Below, piece after piece: positions 55,907 through 64,000 of a stretch of DNA of 64,000 nt; position 1 is the first letter of the stretch, and each line of letters opens with the position of its first letter. Under the pieces are notes generated by a model. It was given only the letters and a program-made list of their open reading frames with translations. It was not told the origin of the DNA and did no database searches. The DNA comes from an uncultured Gammaproteobacteria bacterium. GTDB taxonomy: Bacteria; Patescibacteriota; Microgenomatia; UBA10105; UBA927. Where the stretch lies: contig CAZGOA010000002.1 in NCBI GenBank assembly GCA_964527425.1, positions 73,346 through 137,345 on the forward strand. Direction: 5' to 3'. Made by a program: the position numbers and the translations under genes.

Positions 55907-56980
55907 ATGTATATACTTTATGCATTTCTTCTTTCATCATTAATTACTCTGCTATTTACTCCTCTTGCTATTATTGTTGCAAAAAAATATAAGCTGCTTG
56001 ATAATCCCAAAACTCGTTATCATCCTGCAAGGACCCACATTGGTACTATCCCAAGAGCGGGTGGACTCTCTATCTGTTTCGGTTTACTTCTAACAATGAT
56101 GATATTCCTTCCATGGAACACGATTACGATGAGTCTTATTATCGGGTGTATTATATTAACTATTGTTGGATTATTTGACGACAAAAAAGATGTTTCTCCA
56201 AAAATACGATTACTAACAAATGCATTTGTTGTATTCTTAATACTAGCCTCAGGTGTATCAATTCCATATATCACTAATCCCTTTAATGAAGGTGTTATTT
56301 ATTTAAATACCTGGACCATAACCATAGGAATGTTTACTTTTTCTCCGATCGCTTTTATAGCTGCGTTTATATGGCTTTACTGGACTATGAATGTTGTTGG
56401 CTGGTCAGCTGGGGTTGATGGACAACTACCTGGAGTGGTTGTAATAGCGGCAACGGTATTAGGAATACTTTCGTTACGATATAGTGCAATCGATGCGAGC
56501 CAAATTCATGTAACAATATTATCTGCTATAGTGGCTGGAAGTTTTTTAGGCTTTCTTCCATGGAATTTTTATCCACAAAAAATAATGCCAGGATATAGTG
56601 GAAAAACGCTTGCCGGATTTTTACTTGGAATCTTAGGAATATTATCTTACGCAAAATTAGGAACTGCTCTCTTAGTACTCGGTATTCCTATGATTGATGC
56701 TTTATTTACACTGAGTAGACGGTTGTTATTAGGTAAGTCTCCTATTTGGGCAGATAGGGGCCACCTTCATCATCATTTACTAAACCTCGGATGGAGTAAA
56801 AGAACTATCGCCTTGTTCTACTATAGCATCTCGGCTATACTTGGCCTTGTAGCACTTACCGTTTCATCAAAAGAAAAAATCGTTTTTTTTCTGATTTTAG
56901 CTTTTGTCTTAGGTGCTTTTCTTATATGGGTAAATTGGGCATGGCAATCCTTAAAGCAGCCAGACCAAGACAATGGCTGA
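55907..56980 (+). CDS. Polyprenyl-phosphate N-acetylhexosamine-1-phosphate transferase (WecA/TagO/MraY family, GT4)
   Basis: Polytopic protein with a DDxxD-like motif (GLFDDKKD) and the family NVVGWSAGVDGQLPG motif. Confidence 0.7.
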   Translation: MYILYAFLLSSLITLLFTPLAIIVAKKYKLLDNPKTRYHPARTHIGTIPRAGGLSICFGLLLTMMIFLPWNTITMSLIIGCIILTIVGLFDDKKDVSPKIRLLTNAFVVFLILASGVSIPYITNPFNEGVIYLNTWTITIGMFTFSPIAFIAAFIWLYWTMNVVGWSAGVDGQLPGVVVIAATVLGILSLRYSAIDASQIHVTILSAIVAGSFLGFLPWNFYPQKIMPGYSGKTLAGFLLGILGILSYAKLGTALLVLGIPMIDALFTLSRRLLLGKSPIWADRGHLHHHLLNLGWSKRTIALFYYSISAILGLVALTVSSKEKIVFFLILAFVLGAFLIWVNWAWQSLKQPDQDNG

Positions 56981-57864
56981 AAAACTTTGCACTATTCTCC
57001 ACTATTTTTTTTACTGGACATTTATTTGAATTTACTCCAATTATTCAGACACTTTCTGCTTTTGCAGCATTTTGTTTTTTAGCTTCATCGAATTATATTT
57101 TTAATGATATTCTCGATATACATCGAGATAGAAAACATCCTTTCAAAAAATTTAGACCTATTGCAAGCGGTGCTCTTCCAATATCAATGGCATGGGTTAC
57201 TTCTATTATTTTTCTCTTAATTGGACTAGGCATCAGTGCATCCTTAGGTCAAATGTTTTTTATAATGGCTGCACTTTTTTCTATTCTAGAATATTCATAT
57301 TCATTATACTTAAAACATATTAGTGTTATCGATATTTTAACTATTACACTCGCATATTTTCTTCGAGTATACGCGGGAGAAGCTGCTACCGGTTATCATA
57401 TTTCTATATGGCTTGCACTTGCTGTTTTATGTTTAGCACTGTTTCTAGCAATTGGAAAACGACGTGCAGAACTAACACTGATACAAGGATTTGAAGGGAT
57501 TATTCCTCGTGATACTAGAGAGACGTTATCCAATTACTCAGAAAAATTACTGGATACATATACTGCTATGTTTGCGAACTCTACCTTTTTATCGTATGCC
57601 ATGTTTACATTTGTTACGCAAACCTCTCATAGGGGATTTCTATTCACAACTAGCTCAGATTTTGGGATTGAAGTACCTGATAGAAAATGGATGATGTTAA
57701 CGATTCCTTTTGTACTATATGGAATAATGCGCTATATGCAATTAATTTATGAAGGGAAGGGTGAATCTCCAGAAAAACTTGTAACTTCAGATACACCGTT
57801 ACTAATTACTATAGTTTTGTGGGCTTGTAGCACATTCACGATCTTATACATTATTGGTGGTTAA
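56926..57864 (+). CDS. UbiA-family prenyltransferase resembling decaprenyl-phosphate phosphoribosyltransferase (DPPR synthase)
   Basis: ARPRQWLKN, followed by NDILDIHRDRKHPFKKFRPIASG (NDxxDxxxDRxHPxKxxRPIASG). Its start overlaps the end of the WecA-like gene. Confidence 0.6.
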   Translation: MGKLGMAILKAARPRQWLKNFALFSTIFFTGHLFEFTPIIQTLSAFAAFCFLASSNYIFNDILDIHRDRKHPFKKFRPIASGALPISMAWVTSIIFLLIGLGISASLGQMFFIMAALFSILEYSYSLYLKHISVIDILTITLAYFLRVYAGEAATGYHISIWLALAVLCLALFLAIGKRRAELTLIQGFEGIIPRDTRETLSNYSEKLLDTYTAMFANSTFLSYAMFTFVTQTSHRGFLFTTSSDFGIEVPDRKWMMLTIPFVLYGIMRYMQLIYEGKGESPEKLVTSDTPLLITIVLWACSTFTILYIIGG

Positions 57865-57877
57865 TGTTTCTTAAGCG

Positions 57878-58879
57878 CTATTCGATTTCTTCTGCATACT
57901 GAGAACTAATCCATCCTTGTTGTTGTTCAAATGTAATCTGATACCATGTCCCTTGTGTAGATACTACATCATACTCTTGACCAGGAGTTGCTCTCCCGAT
58001 TTCTGCAGAAGCAGTCGTTGGTTCTTTTCTTACTCTCAAAAACCCTACAGGAGTATCCGTAATCCGTACTCTCGATGGAGTTTCTGATGTTGATGGTATT
58101 GTTGGTTTAATGGTTGGCTTAATGGTAGGTTTTATAGCTGGTGTTGATTGAGCTACCTGTTGTGAAGGTGTTGGTTGTATAGAGGACGATGGTGTTGATT
58201 CTTGAATTTCAAATAACGTTGGTGAAGCAATTTGACTTGGAGATAATGCAAGAGAAGCAGAAATAATAGCTTTATATCCAGATGTTAATTTTACTTTGAC
58301 AGTTCTTGGTTCAAATCCAGGCGAGTTAATAACAACAGCATGATCTCCTTCAGATATATCAATTAAAGAGAGAGGTGTAACGCCTCTAGCCTGATCATCT
58401 ATTATGACATTTGCTCCATCTGGAACTGATATTATTGAAAGTTCTGCTTTATTACTGGTAGTCTTCTCTAACCAAAGTTGTTCTCCAGCAGACGTTAACT
58501 CTGATTCAGATAAATCTCGATTAATATATGTTAATGTGTTTCCTCCTATTTTCACCCTTCCCTGCCAGGATGTTAAAGGCACTGTTGAAGTTTCTGGTAC
58601 CAATCGAATTGAATATTCGCCAACATCTACTTTCTGTTCAAGTGGAGTTTTACCAATATCTCTATTTTCTAACAACACTCTTGCAGCTGTATTACTGGAA
58701 ACTTTCAATACACCTTGTCTATTGCTTCTTCCTAAAACAATATACCGTATACTTAGTACTAAAATTACAATTAAAACGATAAAAATAACAAAAAAAACTA
58801 TTTTACGCCTCATGATACTGTTAATGGTAACATCGATATCTACTTCATTCAATGTATATCCACTATAATAAGGATACAA
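57878..58879 (-). CDS. Membrane-anchored PEGA-domain protein with a C-terminal bacterial SH3 domain
   Basis: N-terminal TM. PEGA-like segments (PDGANVIIDDQARGVTPL). A KPTIKPTIKPTI linker. C-terminal SH3b-like segment (…YDVVSTQGTWYQITFEQQQGWISSQY). Confidence 0.45.
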   Translation of the reverse strand: MYPYYSGYTLNEVDIDVTINSIMRRKIVFFVIFIVLIVILVLSIRYIVLGRSNRQGVLKVSSNTAARVLLENRDIGKTPLEQKVDVGEYSIRLVPETSTVPLTSWQGRVKIGGNTLTYINRDLSESELTSAGEQLWLEKTTSNKAELSIISVPDGANVIIDDQARGVTPLSLIDISEGDHAVVINSPGFEPRTVKVKLTSGYKAIISASLALSPSQIASPTLFEIQESTPSSSIQPTPSQQVAQSTPAIKPTIKPTIKPTIPSTSETPSRVRITDTPVGFLRVRKEPTTASAEIGRATPGQEYDVVSTQGTWYQITFEQQQGWISSQYAEEIE

Positions 58880-58896
58880 TATAAACTATTCATATT

Positions 58897-59667
58897 ATGG
58901 AATTGTGGCAAGCAATACTACTGGGGTTAATTGAAGGAATTACAGAATTCCTCCCAATTTCTTCAACCGGACATATAATTTTAACAAGTCACATTTTAGG
59001 ACTAAAACACACACTATTCTTATCATCATTTGAAATTATTATTCAATTAGGTGCAATATTGGCAGTACTTCTTTATTATAGTAAGAGACTATTACTCAAC
59101 GTAAAAACAGCAATATTCCTCATCATATCGTTTACACCTACAGCTTTGGTAGGGATTATACTTTATAGACCCATTAAGCAGATACTATTAGGTAACGTAC
59201 CAATCACTATTACGTCTCTAATAGTAGGTGGAGTGTTATTTTGGATGCTAGAGATTTATATTAAAAACAAAAATAATACGTATCAGATTAAAGATATGAA
59301 ACCTATTCAAGCATTCATTATTGGTATTGGCCAGTCAGTTTCAATTATTCCGGGAGTTTCTCGTTCAGCAGCTTCAATGTTTACGGGTATGCTTACCGGT
59401 CTTACAAGAAAAGAAGCAGTTGAATATTCTTTTCTACTTGCAATTCCAACCATACTTGCCGCAAGTGGTTATGACCTCATTAAAATGTCGTATCAGTTTT
59501 CTAGAAATGAATACATGTTGTTATTTGCAGGGTTATTTACAGCATTCATATCATCACTAATTACCCTTCAATGGTTTTTACGCTTTATTAGCACTCACTC
59601 ATTCATTCCCTTTGCTATCTATAGAATAGTATTAGGATTGATCTTTATATTAGTGTGGTTACTCTAA
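58897..59667 (+). CDS. uppP: Undecaprenyl-diphosphate phosphatase
   Basis: The N-terminus is MELWQAILLGLIEGITEFLPISSTGH, with a second conserved motif PGVSRSAASMFTG. Confidence 0.85.
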   Translation: MELWQAILLGLIEGITEFLPISSTGHIILTSHILGLKHTLFLSSFEIIIQLGAILAVLLYYSKRLLLNVKTAIFLIISFTPTALVGIILYRPIKQILLGNVPITITSLIVGGVLFWMLEIYIKNKNNTYQIKDMKPIQAFIIGIGQSVSIIPGVSRSAASMFTGMLTGLTRKEAVEYSFLLAIPTILAASGYDLIKMSYQFSRNEYMLLFAGLFTAFISSLITLQWFLRFISTHSFIPFAIYRIVLGLIFILVWLL

Positions 59668-60555
59668 TTAAGATCCAACTGCATAGAGAATATCTCCTTT
59701 TTTAACCCAACCTCCTTTATGTCGCCATAAAAACGTCCCATTCCCCGTAGAAGAAATCCTACTATTACGAGTAGAAAGTAAAGACGAAAAAACCCCCAGG
59801 ATATCATTTTTCTGTATATAGCTATCTTTCTGATACAATTGCCATATTCCATATTCTGGAGCAGTATAATAATGAATTTTTGTTAATAACTTTTCACTAG
59901 TGATTGTTTGTTGACCCCAATTATTTATTAATGCATTAACCCAGCGAATATGCTCATTAACATCAATATCTTCTGCAGTACCTAGCTGACCACATTCTAA
60001 AACAAGATAGACGATTCTGTCTTGCGCTATAGTTTTTACTTTTTCCCAAGGTGCAAAAACTTTTGTTACTGACTGGATAGAATGCAATAAATGAATCGCC
60101 TTCTGTTGTAGTACTTTATCACCATAAGGAAATGCCCAAATGAATGGTGACAATTCTTCAGCATTACTGCCACCATGTAAATCCAACCACAGATCTATCT
60201 GATTGTTAATACTATTAAATATATGAAATATTATTTTCTCTGAGTGAGTTCCTTCTTTCTTTCCTGGATAAATATGTTTGAGAAATTTATTATCTAGAGG
60301 ATTGTAACTCAATCCAACAGCATGACCATGGATGTTTACTCTCGGGAATATAATCCTCCTACCTTTCCAGGTGTCATCATCAAGGAACTGTTTACTTAAC
60401 CGCCAAGCCGCTTCTTGTCCAGCATATTCATCTCCATCCATCCCAGCTGTAATAAGAATTACTGGTCCATCGCCTCGCTGAATATCTACATACGGAAGTT
60501 CAACAGTGTTATCGATATGTAAGACACGTACTTCCGTAATAGGCACATTAATCAT
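59668..60555 (-). CDS. Succinylglutamate desuccinylase/aspartoacylase (AstE/AspA, M14-like) family protein
   Basis: ILITAGMDGDEYAG (metal-site motif, with Asp in place of the first His) and LDLHGG. 295 aa. Confidence 0.4.
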   Translation of the reverse strand: MINVPITEVRVLHIDNTVELPYVDIQRGDGPVILITAGMDGDEYAGQEAAWRLSKQFLDDDTWKGRRIIFPRVNIHGHAVGLSYNPLDNKFLKHIYPGKKEGTHSEKIIFHIFNSINNQIDLWLDLHGGSNAEELSPFIWAFPYGDKVLQQKAIHLLHSIQSVTKVFAPWEKVKTIAQDRIVYLVLECGQLGTAEDIDVNEHIRWVNALINNWGQQTITSEKLLTKIHYYTAPEYGIWQLYQKDSYIQKNDILGVFSSLLSTRNSRISSTGNGTFLWRHKGGWVKKGDILYAVGS

Positions 60556-60634
60556 ATGGTTTTATACAGGTAAAGATTACTTATAAGAATCTAACTACAG
60601 TATATCTCTACGATGTATAATAGAGAATCTACTC

Positions 60635-62119
60635 ATGAATAACGATAAAGATAACATCATAGAACAAACAAAACTGGACCTGCTGGATGACTTAGAATTG
60701 GTAGAATATCTTCTCAAAGATCGTCAGCAAATTCTCGAAACGAAAAAAAATATACTTAGTAGTACTATTCATACTAAAGAACTTCTTACTCTGATACTAA
60801 CCCACCTTAATACAATTAATAATGAATCAAAAAAACTAAGTATCTCTATTACTAATGCACAATCCCAGGCTGAATTATACGCAGCTTGTGATCAAGTAGG
60901 TATTCTCTATAATCAAATACGACAGCAGATGAGTTCTATTGCTACATTAGCATTAGCAACTGATTGGCAATCACCTTCATTTTCAGCTTCTCTTACCCAA
61001 CAAGCAGGTTCACAAGAAGGCATGATTTATCAGTCAATTAACGATTATAAGAGAGACCAGCATCATGATGCAAAAAATTACGAAAAAAAATTCAGGAAAC
61101 AATATATCCGCTACCCTTTTATAAATCCGGTAAGAATTTTTGCTGTTAATTCTGGTATGGCTGCATTAACTACAATTATTAGTTTTCTGATAGGTCAAGA
61201 TATTACAAAAAATAGATCAATCGTTGTTGGAGCTCATTCATATTTTGAAAATAAAATACTGTTAAAGCGTTTTTTTCTCTCTCAATATAAAGAAGTCAGT
61301 GAATATGATCTTGAACGTATTAAAGAAATCGCTCTAAAAGAGAAGCCAGCAGTATGGTTTTTTGATTCTCTATGTAACGATCAAACGGTACTTATTCCAC
61401 CACTTAATCAAATAATCCCACTCCTTCATAGTATTAAAAATTATCATCCTTACATTGTGGTCGACAATACAGGTTTATCTATAACATATCAACCATTTTC
61501 AAACATCTCTTTTACTCCTAAGCAACTTATTGTATGGGAATCACTACTTAAGCACCATCAATTCGGCTTAGATCGAGTAAATGGAGGAATTATTTATGCC
61601 TCATGTACAAATGCATCTGAATTATACACGTATCGTGACCATGGAGGCACAAATATTTCCGATTTACAAGTGTTATCTCTACCCACACCAAATAAAAAAA
61701 TACTCTTAAAAAGACTGCAGCGACATCAAAGAAACCATATGCTGTTAGTAAATTCATTACATACTCTACTTAATAATCTTCCAAATTTATCAGTAGATTC
61801 TGTAATATCCCCTCATTTACAAGATCTCACGCAAACTTCTTATAAAGGAACGGTTTGTACCCTACAATTCACCCCACCTTATAGATCTGTAAAGGGATAC
61901 AACCGGTTCCTTAATACTATTTTATCAACTGCTAAACAGCACAATGTTAATATCGTTGCTGGTACAAGTTTTGGATTACCTACAACCCGGATTTATATTC
62001 CTGCTTCAAGAAAAGGACAAGGTATACCTTTTTTTCGTATCGCTGTAGGAACAGAACCCTATCTGATCGCTAATACAGTAAGCCACGTATTTAAAGAAGT
62101 AATTTCGAATTATACATAA
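60635..62119 (+). CDS. Divergent Cys/Met-metabolism-type PLP-dependent enzyme with a ~150 aa N-terminal coiled-coil extension
   Basis: Motifs align with the cystathionine gamma-synthase/lyase family in order: NSGMAAL (NTGMSAI); VVDNTGLSI (VVDNTFLSP); LLKHHQFGLDRVNGG (CTKYLNGHSDVVAG, Lys conserved); AGTSFGL (AESLGGVESL). Confidence 0.4.
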   Translation: MNNDKDNIIEQTKLDLLDDLELVEYLLKDRQQILETKKNILSSTIHTKELLTLILTHLNTINNESKKLSISITNAQSQAELYAACDQVGILYNQIRQQMSSIATLALATDWQSPSFSASLTQQAGSQEGMIYQSINDYKRDQHHDAKNYEKKFRKQYIRYPFINPVRIFAVNSGMAALTTIISFLIGQDITKNRSIVVGAHSYFENKILLKRFFLSQYKEVSEYDLERIKEIALKEKPAVWFFDSLCNDQTVLIPPLNQIIPLLHSIKNYHPYIVVDNTGLSITYQPFSNISFTPKQLIVWESLLKHHQFGLDRVNGGIIYASCTNASELYTYRDHGGTNISDLQVLSLPTPNKKILLKRLQRHQRNHMLLVNSLHTLLNNLPNLSVDSVISPHLQDLTQTSYKGTVCTLQFTPPYRSVKGYNRFLNTILSTAKQHNVNIVAGTSFGLPTTRIYIPASRKGQGIPFFRIAVGTEPYLIANTVSHVFKEVISNYT

Positions 62120-62172
62120 TTCTTCTCTTTTCTTGACTTCAATTCTTACTATCAAGTATTCTCCCTAGGCAC

Positions 62173-63504
62173 ATGGTATTATATTTACATTTATTCTTAT
62201 TATTCCTCCTTCAAAGCATACTTATTATTACACGTCCAATTTACTTCTATCCCGAAATGTATTTACTTCCCTGGATAACATCATTTGGGAATATCCCGTA
62301 TGTTAATTTCCTAGATCATCATGGATTTTTACTCAATATAATATTGGCACCTTTCTCAAGAGACCAGAGTTTTACGGCATTGCAAATAATTTTTCTTTTT
62401 TTTCAAACAGTAAATCTCGTTTGTATACTCTATATTCTAAAAGCATTCCTGCCCCGGATTATTAGTATTCTTTTTGGACTATTTTACATAACATTAAATT
62501 TCTTCTTCGTTGAAAATATCTTATGGTATGAAACAATTATTACCTCATGTTTTTTGCTCATCTATATTGCTATCCGTATAAATCATTCTTTCAAACGAAA
62601 TATTCTTATTGGTCTCATTACCGCTACAGCAAGTTTTATAAAACCAAATGCATTACTTATTATCTTGCCTTTACTCGTTTTAAAAAAATCAATGTATATA
62701 CTAATAACAATTTTCCTGTTATGGATATTTGTGATACTGTTCTATATCTCTATCGGAGGATTTGATTCATTCTATTTAGGACTCTTTACCTACAATAAAT
62801 ATTTATTCGAAGAATATTCTGGGTTACCACTTTCCCATGTAAAATTTTATCTCGTTCTTCTCATAACTCTTATACTCGGGGTTTGTTTAACAAACTGGAA
62901 TAACAAAACAAAATATGTATTCTATTCACTCTCATTTTTATTTATATCACTTATTTTTTTAGGAATGGGTTACGGAAAAGAACATATGGTACCTTTAAGC
63001 ACGTTTTATGTTATTACTTTGGCTCATCTTTGGTCCATGAGCACTTCATATAAAAAACACTTATTACTTTGTATTATTCTACTTACCTTTCTTCTGTCAG
63101 CATTTCAAGTCAAAAGAACATACAGTAGTCTTACGAATAGACCTAGTGTTCAACATGCTCCCTACACCCAACAAGTTTCACATCTTCTTAAACCATATGT
63201 ACATGATATGCCATCTTTGTTTGTAATCAGTCATCAAGTTGAACATTATTACCAATATTATTACTTTGATATTCTTCCACAAACGCAGTATCCAATCGCA
63301 TTTCCTCTTATCGAAAATATTCTGCCGGATTATGAAAAAACTGTTGTGCATGAACTACAATCGAAACATATAGTCTATATTTTAATCGAGCATTCTAAGT
63401 ACAATACGTATCTTACTCGATGGCCTCATCTAATGAGATATATCCAACTATATTATTCTCCGGTGCTCATACAACCCACATTTACGTTATACAAACTGAA
63501 TTAA
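62173..63504 (+). CDS. Polytopic membrane protein, possibly a GT-C-type glycosyltransferase
   Basis: 443 aa with at least 10 hydrophobic helices. No soluble domain. Confidence 0.35.
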   Translation: MVLYLHLFLLFLLQSILIITRPIYFYPEMYLLPWITSFGNIPYVNFLDHHGFLLNIILAPFSRDQSFTALQIIFLFFQTVNLVCILYILKAFLPRIISILFGLFYITLNFFFVENILWYETIITSCFLLIYIAIRINHSFKRNILIGLITATASFIKPNALLIILPLLVLKKSMYILITIFLLWIFVILFYISIGGFDSFYLGLFTYNKYLFEEYSGLPLSHVKFYLVLLITLILGVCLTNWNNKTKYVFYSLSFLFISLIFLGMGYGKEHMVPLSTFYVITLAHLWSMSTSYKKHLLLCIILLTFLLSAFQVKRTYSSLTNRPSVQHAPYTQQVSHLLKPYVHDMPSLFVISHQVEHYYQYYYFDILPQTQYPIAFPLIENILPDYEKTVVHELQSKHIVYILIEHSKYNTYLTRWPHLMRYIQLYYSPVLIQPTFTLYKLN

Positions 63505-63776
63505 TTAATTATTCGAGGCATATCTCCTAACACATACAACACTTTTCTTGCCATTTTTATCCTATGGGCTGATTTTAATACTGATTGCTGCATCGTGCTT
63601 TTTGTAGTTATAGCGTCCCACTGCGCACTCATTGAGCTAGTAAATTCTTGTTCAGCTTCTTTTAAACTATTAAATATAGCTTTTGAGTTTACTTTTTTAT
63701 ATTTACTTCTGTAACTATTGTTCTTCATATTAATTACGCAGAAACGCCTCACTATTGTGAGGTGTGTCTGCATCAT
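63501..63776 (-). CDS. Hypothetical protein
   Basis: 91 aa basic ORF with no motif. Confidence 0.25.
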   Translation of the reverse strand: MMQTHLTIVRRFCVINMKNNSYRSKYKKVNSKAIFNSLKEAEQEFTSSMSAQWDAITTKSTMQQSVLKSAHRIKMARKVLYVLGDMPRIIN

Positions 63777-63788
63777 TCTAAAAGTAAA

Positions 63789-63986
63789 TTAAACACTAAG
63801 AGAATCGTAAACATCTTTTGAAACAAAGCGAGTTAACGATCGACCATCTTGTGTTTTTCCTTTAACAGCGTACCGTACTTGACCTCTACTGTTATATTCT
63901 TGTTTTTCAGTTACTTCAGTCTCTACATTTTGTCTTGTTTTTACATCATAAAATTTCATTTTCATGCTCAACTCACCTCCCTTCAA
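63789..63986 (-). CDS. Small basic hypothetical protein
   Basis: 65 aa, Lys/Arg-rich with predicted beta strands (KFYDVKTRQNVE…RYAVKGKTQDGRSLTRFVSK). Confidence 0.3.
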   Translation of the reverse strand: MKGGELSMKMKFYDVKTRQNVETEVTEKQEYNSRGQVRYAVKGKTQDGRSLTRFVSKDVYDSLSV

Positions 63987-64000
63987 TACATTCTTGCTTA

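Noticed and set aside
63789-63986. Resemblance of the 65 aa basic protein to small chromatin proteins of the Sul7d type
   Set aside because: It shares only a vague pattern (Lys-rich beta strands). It is not supportable without a profile search.
1-64000. tRNA, rRNA, CRISPR arrays, transposases, integrases and prophage genes
   Set aside because: No intergenic segment shows cloverleaf-compatible T-arm or anticodon-arm features. No regularly spaced direct repeats were seen. No transposase, integrase or recombinase-like ORFs were found. The window appears to be core chromosome.

Overview
This window reads as a gene-dense, AT-rich bacterial chromosome segment (roughly 35% GC by eye) that uses the standard genetic code. 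I found no rRNA, tRNA, CRISPR array or mobile element. Conserved housekeeping blocks are clear: alaS, ftsK, typA, zur plus a ZIP zinc transporter, RNase J, pnp-rpsO-nrnA-infB-nusA, hrcA-grpE-dnaK-dnaJ preceded by a CIRCE operator, murJ, rpsT, metG-tatD and uppP. Several of these are shortened (AlaS lacks the C-terminal domain, IF-2 is 491 aa, HrcA is 242 aa, DnaJ has no zinc finger, a Lon-family ATPase has no protease domain). Together with sortase, LCP, tandem FemAB genes and PilN/PilO-like genes, this suggests a small-genome lineage with a Gram-positive-like envelope, possibly of the Candidate Phyla Radiation / Saccharibacteria type. That placement is inference only. Three regions deserve the most attention. 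(i) A co-directional seven-gene surface operon at 32580-38391: PilN- and PilO-like genes followed by FN3/Ig-like proteins and cysteine-rich anchored proteins of no recognisable family. Two of them are paralogues sharing N- and C-terminal modules. An EIPVTG C-terminal sorting signal matches the sortase encoded at the contig start. (ii) A cell-wall and DNA-transaction cluster at 39376-49825: LCP, PcrA, two FemAB genes separated by a G-tract-rich putative structured RNA, Nudix, a UvrD-helicase fused to a Cas4-like PD-(D/E)xK Fe-S nuclease, an RmlC-like cupin and RmuC. (iii) A polyprenyl-phosphate glycan-carrier cluster at 52632-59667: GT2, ArnT/PMT-like GT-C, WecA-like, a UbiA-family decaprenyl-phosphate phosphoribosyltransferase homologue and uppP. 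Regulatory elements read directly from the sequence are a CIRCE operator overlapping a TTGACA-N17-TATAGT promoter at hrcA, a candidate Zur box, twin palindromes upstream of rpsT, and a nested stem-loop leader upstream of pnp.
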